Shown here one piece after another: positions 54,617 through 64,000 of a stretch of 64,000 bases of DNA (position 1 is its first letter; every line of letters begins with the position of its first letter). A model generated the notes under the pieces. The model was not told where the DNA came from. It did no database searches and saw only the letters and a list, made by a program, of their open reading frames with translations. Both the position numbers and the translations under genes were made by a program. Source of the DNA: Camelus dromedarius (Eukaryota); NCBI RefSeq assembly GCF_036321535.1, contig NC_087451.1, positions 42,222,001 to 42,286,000 on the forward strand. The letters are read 5' to 3'.

Positions 54617-55887
54617 TCAGACCCCAGACGGTCCCCCAGGAGCGACAGACGAGGCGACCGCACCGGGACAACGGCGCCCTGGGCATGGGTGCGGCGCTGG
54701 CTCTACGCCTGCGCGGCGGCCCATGGTTAGGATGCCGGCCGCGTGGTTGCCACTGGCCTGCAGGAGGCGCTGCAGCCGGCCCTGGAGTCCCGGGGCCCCC
54801 GGCCGCCTCTTGCCCAGCGTGAGGATGCCGGCCGCGTGATTGCCCGCGCCGTGCAGCAGCTCGTAGAGGCGGCAGGAGCAGGTCTTCTGACGGCAGCAGT
54901 CAGGCAGGGGCTGCGCGGCCGCCCCTGGCGACAACAGAGCGGGCGGCAGCAACAGCAGCAGGAGCAGCAGCGTCACGGTGGCCCAGAAGACCTAGTGAGG
55001 CAGGAGACCAGACACTGAGGGTCGTCTCACAGCCCCAGCATCCAGCCTCTAGGCCCTGGCCCTACCCAGCTGGCTCCGTGCCCACTCCTGGCCTGCGCTC
55101 CTCCCTCGCTGTCCCTTAGCTTTCCTGCCTCTGCATAATGCTATCTGAAGGGCTCAGTATCTTGCCCCCTTTACCTGCTCACCCTTCAAGAGCCAGCAGA
55201 GCATCTCCTCCAGGAGGCCCTTTGAAACCCCCTGGGTAGAATAAAGGAGACCCAGAAAATAGTACCCCATCTCTCTTCCGGGTAGCCTTAGTCCATTGTA
55301 CCCCTTTAGAGTGCTGACCACTCCACCTGAAAACAAGAGTGTCTGAATCTGCACCAGAAATTTGCGGAAACATCACTTAAGGAAAGAGAGTACCTATTTA
55401 TCCGCTCCTTTTCCCCCACGGAGGGCAAACATGTGCAAATCAAGAACTGGCATGATCCAAGTCATTGTCTTGTCCGCCTGCTCCCTTGCAGGGAAAACAA
55501 CCCTGTGGCTTTGGACAGGTTTCCTACCCTCTCAGGGGGCATAATTTCCTCACTTATAAAGTGGGTATTAATTCCTACTGTGCAGCAGGGCTGCTAGGAG
55601 GATGAAGTGAGATGACAGGTGCAAGTACAGCACCCAGTATGTAGTAAGTGCTCAAAAAAAATGAACTCTTAGGAGACCAGGGCACAATCTAATGTTAGCC
55701 AAGGCAGATTCTCAGCCAAGTGTCCACCTTGTCCCCTGCCTCAGAGCCCACATGGGAAAAGACCAAGAGCAATATACCTTCAACCTTTCCTCCAGCTCCC
55801 TGAGCAAGCACTCATTGCCCCCCACTTCCCATCTAATGAGTCACCCCTCCATCCCTGGATCCTTACCTTTGCAGAGGAAGGGTTCAT
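54617..55887 (-). CDS. HCRT: Prepro-orexin (hypocretin neuropeptide precursor), 131 aa
   Basis: Exon 1 55867-55887 (MNPSSAK) and exon 2 54617-54991. Signal peptide, then orexin-[34 protein letters not shown] (54815-54913) plus GKR, then orexin-[29 protein letters not shown] (54722-54805) plus GRR. Confidence 0.99.
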
Positions 55888-55996
55888 GGTACCTGGAGCT
55901 CAGAGTAGGGTAGCCGGGAAAGGTATCGTTGGCAGTGGTCCAAATAGCCAGGAACTTTGAGGCCATGAACAGCAACCTGCTACCAGGGGCCTGGGG

Positions 55997-56002
55997 TTTA
56001 TA
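55997..56002 (-). promoter_or_regulatory. HCRT TATA box
   Basis: TATAAA on the minus strand, 110 nt upstream of the ATG, implying a start site near 55972. Confidence 0.8.
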
Positions 56003-57255
56003 GTGCTCTGAGGTGGTGGGGGAGAGATGGGCACTTGCGTCTACTCTGGGGCCAGACAAAGGCAAATCTAAGATTAGACTCCGGCAGGGGGGCCGTCTCC
56101 AGGCTGAGCCCAAGGAATGGCCGCCAAGGCACTCAGAGTCTGGAGTTGGATCACTGTGCCGCTGGTCCCCTCCTTGTCTGTCTGCCTGCTCCCTGGAGAT
56201 GGGGCGGTCTCCGGGCACTAATGAGGCCACCTTGCACCTAGGAATCTGGGAGCACAAAAGAGGCTTTGGCTGGGGTGCTGGAGTGGGACAATGTGTGGGG
56301 GGCAGCTGCTAATTAGGGGCAGGAAAGGAGGCAGTTGTGAGACCTGCTCTCCACAGGGTGTGTAGGGGCGGGGAGGGCAGCCAGGCAGCAACCTCTTCCC
56401 CCTCTCCTTGTCACTGCCCCTGGGCCTTCAGATACTTTCCATCAAGTACGGTCAGGGGAGAAGGCATTCCGCAGAAGGCATAACCTGAGGCAAAGACCTA
56501 GGTGACAGTTGTTTAGCTTATGCAGGATGCAGGATGTGGTCCTCAGATCACAGCTTCTCTTAGAAGAGAGAGGTGGCTGGACAGGTAAGTGAGGTCAAAA
56601 GGTCTTATAGGCTAAGCTGATTGGTCATGATCCTATGGGCGCTGGGGGGCCATGGGAGGATTTTAGTAGGAAGGAGTCGTGGGCTGATGTGGGGACCAGG
56701 TGGGTAGGGGCCTGGATGTGGGGCATGGAATCCAGAAGTAGTAATTCAGAGGCAGAATTCAAGGCTTGGAACTGATTGGGAACAGGTGCTGAGTTACTTA
56801 GGCGGAGCTGTGAGGCTTTGGGTAAGCCTTACAGCCTTGAGAAACCTCATCTTTCCTACAGGTAAGATGGACAGTTAACCCAGATGTTTCCTGCTGTTAT
56901 ACTTCAAGATTTGAAGTACAAACGCTGCCCAAGGAAGTGGCTTCTGGGTGTTGGGCCAGGAAAGGAATCTGTGCTGAACCAGGGCAAGGGGAATTGGGGA
57001 GCAGCCCCTCCACATTTAGGTAAAGCTTGGAATGGGGAGAGGGAGGAGGAGGGGACTCTGTGTCTTCTGGGTTGACCTAGGCTATGGTAGGGGTTCAAGG
57101 GCACATACACTGGCCAGGAGGGGAGACTTCAGGGGAAGCCCTGGGATCCAGAGCTCAAGGGGGAAGGGGAGCTCAGGCTGCAGCAGGAGCAGAGCGAATG
57201 GAACCGCTTGTTTCCCTCAAAGCAGACCCCGAGCCAAGAATCTGGGTGCAAGACG

Positions 57256-57261
57256 TTTATT
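57256..57261 (-). terminator. GHDC polyadenylation signal AATAAA
   Basis: First TTTATT I found downstream of the GHDC stop, about 550 nt away. Confidence 0.65.
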
Positions 57262-57807
57262 TGGGAGGGGATTCTAGAAAGCATGTAAGGGAGTGGGGAC
57301 AGGAGGGACAGGAGGAAAACCAGTAAGAACTGTGTTAATGAGAGGGTTACCTCTGTGGGCAACTGGTGGGGACCCTCCGAGACAGATGGTACAGAATAAC
57401 TTCAGAATTGTCCCACTGAGGGACAATGAAGCTGAGATCTGTGTTCACCAACTCCTGTTCCTTGCTGACTGAGGCTCACTCCTGGGAGCATTAACTCCCA
57501 ATACTTCCAGCCTGCCCAGTGCACGGGCTGAGAGACACAGGCACCATCAGTGTGTATTGGAATTCCAGTGTCCTCCAGGGTGGGCCCGTGGGCTCCGGGC
57601 AGGGAACTGTTGGGATCTGTTCTATCCTTGAAGTCAACTCCTCAGAACTGGCAGACTAGGTCAGGCCTCCCTAAGGCCCAGCAGCTCTGAGGAGCTACTG
57701 ACAGGTGACAGTCAAAGACTCTGGCCAAGGGCTCCCCATTCACAGAGGACCCACAGGAAAGAGTGAGGCAACACACAAGTGGGATGGGGCGGTGGGCAGG
57801 CCTCAGC

Positions 57808-60800
57808 TCAGGACACCACTCTCTTCTGCAGGAGCTGGGCCAGGTGCCTGTGCCGGAGGACCCGGGGCATCTCAGGAGGGAAAGGGGACGAGGGGCAGGC
57901 AGCAAGGGCTGCCCGAAGAGCTCTGAAGGCCCCCTGCCCTACCACGTGGACTTGGGCAGGGCCCACACTGCCCCGGAACCGCAGAGACTTGTAGCCAGCA
58001 GAGGTTTCCTGAAGGCAGTGGTCAAGCTGGGAACAGAAGAGCCTGAGTGAGGCTGGTATGGGGCTGGGGGGCGTGTGGGTGAGATGCTTATGGTAGTGCC
58101 CAGGGTTTGGGTGGGTAGGAGTTTCCTGTGTACACGTGTGTGTCTGTGGGACTCATCCCCCCTTTCCAGTGCCCCAGGGAGGTTCTTCTCCCCTCTCTCC
58201 CCCCCATCCCTCCCTCTGCCCACGACACCTGGGGGCGTGCAGAGTGAAGGGTACATACAGTCATATGCTGTCCCTCCCTCTATTACCTTGTCTCGATTTT
58301 CCTCTGACAAGTTCCTCAGCCCCTTCAGTGCCACAAACACCTCATAGTGGGGGGCAGAGCCCTCTGAGGAATCTGCAGACAAAGCCCCCCACCGCAGACT
58401 CATGCTTTTGTGAATGAGGCGGCTTCCAAAGCCAACAGCTGTTCTTCCTCACTCTGAGGTTCATGGAGGGGGGTAAGGGAGGAGTTTCTTGGCTGGGAGT
58501 GGGGTAAATGGAGAGGAAATGGGTAGAGACTGCAGCAGAAGGGAACGGAGTTAGATATGGGGAAGGAGTTTTGTTAGGAGCAGCAAAGGAGGCTGAGTCT
58601 TTCCTCCTTCCCAGAGGTCTCCGAGCAGGATGGGTATGGATTGCGGGATGGTCAGTCCAAAGAGGGAGGCAGGAGCCAATGGGGAAGAATTACCCAGAAT
58701 GCTGCTTTCCACACAGCCATGGTCCAACAGCTTGGCCCCCGGCCACTGCCTCACCGCCTGGTCCAGGGCCTCAGAGAACACGTCCTCACCAGTGTTCTCT
58801 CCTCGAACACTCAGGGTCTGGCCCAGCCTAGGGAGGAGGAAACTGGAGGCAGAGGAACCCAGGGCACAGGGATGATCCCTCAGCAACAGGGGAGCCACTT
58901 ACCTGTAGATGAACCTGACGACTGGACACTGATTGTAGGCACCGACCACCTGGACCACGTCGCCCAGGCAGCACCTGATGGAGTGGACATGGGAGTGAGA
59001 TCAGGCCCAGGGGCCCATTAGCTCAGGCCCCTGGCCCTCAATGGGGTTCCAGAAGGCCTGAGGTGGCCGGAGGTGGGTGGGCAGGTGATCACCTGGTGAG
59101 GCTGGCGTGGTTGGTCAGCACCAGCTCGTATTTCTCGCCTTTCTGGGCCTCAGCCAGCAGGACGGTGGGGGCAGCCTCTTCCCAGTCTCCTTCCTTGAGT
59201 GGCAGCAGCTCAATAAAAGGGGCTTCCGGGAGCAGAAGGTAGAGCCCACGGGGCTGGTCTGGCCACAGACTCAGGCCCACTACCCCTGTGGGGAGCAAGC
59301 AGCCTCTTTGGTGGTGCCATTGCTAGGCCCCTCACCCTGGACCTCAGGCCCCAATCCTCTGAGCATCTGATGTCACTGATGCCCTTCCACCTTCCTTACT
59401 CCCCCAGGCTCAGCGCACTGCCTTTAAGTTCCTAATTAGGTAGAGGCAGGGGTTCTGCAGGAGACAGATGTGGGGGTAAATGTTGGTGTGGTGTAAATTG
59501 TGTAAGTCTCCTAACCTCTATGAGCCTTAGCTTTTTCATCTGTAAAATGGAGCTGCTGGTGTTGGGGAGGATACACAGGGTGTTGCGGAGGATTAAATGA
59601 GTTGACTGTATAGGGCTCACTACATGGCAGCTAGCTGTGTGACCTCTGCCCCCCGCCCTTACCTCCCTACCCTTGAGTTTTGCTGACCTCCAGAGGCAGC
59701 GTAAGCAGGCGAGAAGAAGGCTAGCCCTTGGCACCACAAGGCCCCCAGGGCAGCCACAGCCTCGGCCTGGCCTCCGGCGTCCAGAGTCACCACCACCTGC
59801 AGATTTGGCCAGAGCCGAAGGGCCAGTCCTCGGGGTCCCTGCTCCAGGGCCTCCTGCAGTTCAGCAGCCCGTGTGGGGAGAGGCGCTCCTGGGTTCCCAG
59901 TAGCTATTGCCTCAGCCAGCTCTTCACCATCGGCCTCCAGGCCTAAGAAGACGTCCAGGAGCTCGACGGCTGTCCTGGCTTCCAGTGCCCGCAGCCCTGG
60001 GAACCTCAGCGCCTCCAGCAGCAGGGCCCTAGCGTCCTTGGCTCCAGGGGGACTCACCAGGCCCAGGAACTGCCAAGGCCAGGGGAGTGGGTAGAGCCAA
60101 GGGGAGGAAGGGGTCACGAGGGCCCTGCCCCCCGGAGCCAGCACTTTCGGGTAGGCCTTGTTTAAGGCCGCCAGACCCAGCAAGGTGGCCTGGAGGGAGA
60201 CAAGAGACACTGTTGGCCTGGGCCTGAGCCAGACTCTGAGCCCCCAGTCTTTTTTTCCCACCACCCTGATAGGAGGGTTTGTAATTAGGGGTCTCTAATG
60301 GGGCTGAGCTCCAGCCTTCCCAGTTTACCTGCAAAGAGGCCTCCCCATGGTACTGGTTTGGGGTAGGGGGCAAGAGCTGCCCCCTACTTTCTTCCTCCTG
60401 GACCTGGCTGGCCTTGGTCAGAGGAAGATGATTCCGGAAGGTGCTCATATCTGTAGCCCCAAAGACATTATAAAATCCTCAGGAAGCCACAGGGTTTCCC
60501 CAGAGTTTCAGGCAATACTGGTGAGACCCTTGAGGAAGGAACCCAGAACAGGCCAGGCGGAAGAGGGACTCTCAGGGCCCAGGCTGGGAAAGTTCATCTT
60601 GAACAATCCAGGGCCCAGGTAGGGTCTCTGGGTCGGGCCTCTCTGTGTTGGCAGTAGAAGGGGGAAGGGAGGTCTTCGGGTTTTGGAATCTGACTGTCCT
60701 GTGGGGTTTCTTTCTCTGGGCCACCTCCCCAGACCCTGGGAAACACACCTGTGCTCCCGCTGAGGGGCCAGCGGGGACCCTGGGCTCCCTGCAGACACCA

Positions 60801-61025
60801 CCTCAGGGCCTGCTGCTGGCTCTGGCCTGCGCTCTGTGTGCTCTGCTCTAGTCTCTTCTGCTGCCAGGCGGCGGCCCAGTGCAGGGCCCCCTGGGCCACA
60901 CGGTGCTGGAGGCTGACAAGCCAGGACAGCCTGGCATTCTGAGACTGTGGCCACCGGAGCACGGCCAGTGGTAGCAGCAGCAGCAGCAGCAGGAGGAGGA
61001 GGAGCAGCAGCAGTGACAGCAGCAT
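57808..61025 (-). CDS. GHDC: GH3 domain-containing protein, 534 aa
   Basis: 8 coding exons: 60749-61025, 60329-60450, 59688-60189, 59093-59285, 58903-58974, 58694-58827, 58287-58372, 57808-58026. They sum to 1605 nt. The product has an N-terminal Leu-rich segment and GH3-like motifs (FFSPAYAASG, FIELLP, YELVLT, LGDVVQVVGAYNQCP, LSVRGE), ending KRVVS*. Confidence 0.95.
60971..61013 (-). repeat. Coding (CTG/CTC)n trinucleotide tract encoding 14 consecutive Leu in GHDC
   Basis: CTG x3, CTC x4, CTG x6, CTA read directly from the sequence. Confidence 0.9.
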
Positions 61026-61204
61026 CTCTGAGCAGCTCCTGGGAGGAGGAAGGGCCCCCAGGACTGGTATTGGGCAGAGGAAGGGATAACCCATTTCTCC
61101 CCCTCCACTCTGCTGCACACAGGAAAACCAAGTTAAAAAGGAAGTTCAGGAAGAAGCCAGGACCCCTGTCAGGCAGGTGATTTGGAGGAGGGGCTTTGGG
61201 GTCA

Positions 61205-61390
61205 CACTGACCTGAGTTTGGATCCTGGCTCTGCCACTTGTTAGCTGTCTGGCCCTGGGTAGCTCAGCTAGCTGCTCTGAGCTCCGTTCCCTTCCCCTGT
61301 TTGTAAAATGGGAATCAGAATATCCCTCAGGAGGAGCAGGAAGGGCGTGGCACAGAGCCTGGCACACAGCAGCTGCTTAACTGGATGACA
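61205..61390 (+). mobile_element. MIR SINE
   Basis: GGATCCTGGCTCTGCCACTTGTTAGCTG...TGTTTGTAAAATGGGAATCAG...AGCCTGGCACACAG. Confidence 0.7.
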
Positions 61391-61999
61391 TGTCTTGCCC
61401 ACTCCCGAGCGGCTCTGCTTGGTCCAGGATCTACCCTGTCCCAGCATCGTGTCCCCCCGGAGCCCCAGGCAGTGGTTCCATATCCCACATGCACCTGTCA
61501 CAGCTCACTTGTGCCTCTGCCTGGCACCCAGGGCTCCCCCAGTGCCCCCAGCCTCAGTGCACAGCCAGCAAGAAAGATGGAGCCGTGGCTTTAAAGCGCT
61601 GGGCCTAGATGGGGAAATCCGGCTGCTGGGCCTGAGGGAGGAGCTGGTCCATGGGGGGGGCTCTTAAAGGGACAGGTTGCCTAAGGGACACCATGCTGGA
61701 GCTGGCCCAAGCTGGCAGGTGGAGGGAAGTTAGGTTCAGAGTAGCATGGTCCTCAGACTCTGGTGAAGGAAGAGAAAGCTGAATGTGGAAGAGCACCTAG
61801 AATCAGCTTGAGCCTGGAGTGGGGCACACCCCATCATGGAGCAGGATGAGAACTGTTAAAAAACCAAAATTTTCTCCAATCCAGAATTGCTCTCCACAAA
61901 AGTAGTAGAGAAAGCAAACACTTCTGTTATTGAATAAGCATTAAACCAGAGTGTGACAGATCACAGGCAATCCACTAAGACTGCAGACAGATCATCTCA

Positions 62000-63560
62000 C
62001 TCCCTTTTAAAGCCATTGTCAAATCTAAGGTCGTAAAGATTTACCCCTTATGTTTTCTTCTAATAGTTTAATAATATTAGTTCTCTCATTTAGGTCTTTG
62101 ATCCATTTTTTATTACAGTAAAATATACATAAGATTTACCATTTTAGCCATATTTAGGTATTTACTTCAGTAGTGTTAATTACATTCACATTGTTATGCA
62201 ACCATCACCACCATCCATCTCCAGAACTCTTTTCATCTTTCCAAACTGAAACTCTGCACTCATTAAACAATGACTCCCCATTCTTCCTCCCCACAGCCCC
62301 TGGCAACCACCACTCTATTTTCTGTCTTTATGAATTTGACTATTCTAGGTGCTTAACATAAGGCAAATCATACTATATTTGTCCTTTTGTGTCTGTTTTA
62401 TTTCATTTAGCAGAATGTCTCTAGGATTCATCCATGTTATTATAGCATACGTCAGAACTTCCTTCCTTTATAAGGCTGTATAATACATCACTGTAGGTAT
62501 AGATTGCATTTTGTTTAGCCTGTCATCTATTGACAGACATTAGTATTGTTTTCACCTTTTGGTTATTGTGAATAACACTGCTATGAACCTGGGTGTACAG
62601 ACACATGATTGAGTCCCTGTTTTCAATTCTTCTGAGTACATTCCCAGAAGGGGAAGTGCTGGATCATATGGTAATTCTGTGTTTAATTCTTTGAGGAACC
62701 ATCGTGCTGTTTTCACAGCAGCTGCACTATTTTACATACTTACCCACAGTCCACAGGGGTTCCAATTTTTCCACATCCTCTAAAGCAGTTGCTGTTTTCT
62801 GTGTTTGTTACCATTTCTCATGAGTCAGCCTGATGGGTAAGAAGTGGTATCTCACTGTAGTTTTGATTTGCATTTCCCTAATGATTGAGCATCTTTTCGC
62901 GTGCTCATTGGCCACCTGTATATCTTCTTTAGAAAAATGTCTATTCATGTCATTTTCTCATTTAAAANNNNNNNNNNNNNNNNNNNNNNNNNNNNNNNNN
63001 NNNNNNNNNNNNNNNNNNNNNNNNNNNNNNNNNNNNNNNNNNNNNNNNNNNNNNNNNNNNNNNNNNNNNNNNNNNNNNNNNNNNNNNNNNNNNNNNNNNN
63101 NNNNNNNNNNNNNNNNNNNNNNNNNNNNNNNNNNNNNNNNNNNNNNNNNNNNNNNNNNNNNNNNNNNNNNNNNNNNNNNNNNNNNNNNNNNNNNNNNNNN
63201 NNNNNNNNNNNNNNNNNNNNNNNNNNNNNNNNNNNNNNNNNNNNNNNNNNNNNNNNNNNNNNNNNNNNNNNNNNNNNNNNNNNNNNNNNNNNNNNNNNTT
63301 TCACATGTGGCTATCCAGTTATCCCAGCACTATCTGTTGAAAAGACTATTTTTTCCCCATTGAATGGTCTTGGCACCCTTGTCAAAAATCAACTGACCAC
63401 AGACACATGGGTTTCTTTCTAGACTCAGTTCTATTCCACTCATTTATAGGTCTGTCCTTATGCCAGTACCACACAGTCGATTACTGTTACTTTGTAGTTT
63501 TGAAACTGGTAAGTGTGACTACTTCAACTTTATTCTTCTTTTTCAATTGATTATGTAGGA
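62000..63560 (-). mobile_element. L1 (L1MB-type) fragments in reverse orientation, interrupted by the gap
   Basis: CAAACTGAAACTCTGCACTCATTAAACAATGACTCCCC...CCCTGGCAACCACCACTCTATTTTCTGTC, GTGGTATCTCACTGTAGTTTTGATTTGCATTTCCCTAATGATTGAGCATC and TATCCAGTTATCCCAGCACTATCTGTTGAAAAGAC are classic L1 3'/ORF2 sequence. Confidence 0.85.
62968..63298. other. Assembly gap (331 N)
   Basis: Run of N. Confidence 1.
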
Positions 63561-64000
63561 GTGTATTGTCTAATTTCCATATATTTGTGTGTTTTCCAGG
63601 GCTTTTGATGAAGATGTTCCACATCATTAGTCATCAGGGAAAAATACAAATTAAAACTGACTCAAGTCACATCACACTCCACCAGGATGGCTATAGTCAA
63701 AAGGTCAGAAAATAACGTGTTGGCAAGAATATAGAGAAACCGGAACCCTTATGTAAAATGGCACAGCAACCTTGAAAACCAGTTTAGCAGTTCCTTGTTA
63801 CTTGTCCAAGTAAACCAGTTTACTTGTTTAGGGAGTGGCTGGATTATTTTAGTGAATCTACCTGCTCCCCACTACTCACCCCCACATACAGTGTAAAGCC
63901 TCTGATATTGCTCCTTAGAGGGGGTGCAGACTTGACTTATGCCCATAGTCACCCTAGCATGACAGTGATTTGCACGTGTTGGTCTCTTTCCCTGACCACA

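Overview
This is a mammalian genomic window covering the conserved DHX58-KAT2A-HSPB9-RAB5C-KCNH4-HCRT-GHDC gene cluster. It is probably camelid, inferred from two tRNA-Ala(AGC)-derived SINE copies. Six genes are on the minus strand: DHX58/LGP2 (first 3 coding exons only, cut by the window edge), KAT2A/GCN5 (18 exons, 837 aa), RAB5C (216 aa expected, most of coding exon 2 hidden in an N-gap), KCNH4/Kv12.3 (16 coding exons, 1016 aa), HCRT prepro-orexin (131 aa) and GHDC (8 coding exons, 534 aa). HSPB9 (single exon, 160 aa) is on the plus strand. I placed exon boundaries by hand from GT/AG sites, and the phases add up to intact frames. The rest is introns with MIR/L2/L1/MLT1/MER repeats and four assembly gaps. 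I found no wholly new gene system. The most interesting signals are an upstream AUG in the orexin 5'UTR opening a 63-codon out-of-frame ORF over the real start, an orexin-B Pro4->Ala variant, a KAT2A intron 7 fully open in the HAT/bromodomain frame with its own AUGs, and motif arrays or promoter-like elements inside KCNH4 introns. Comparisons with human or other orthologues are from recalled knowledge and need alignment to confirm.
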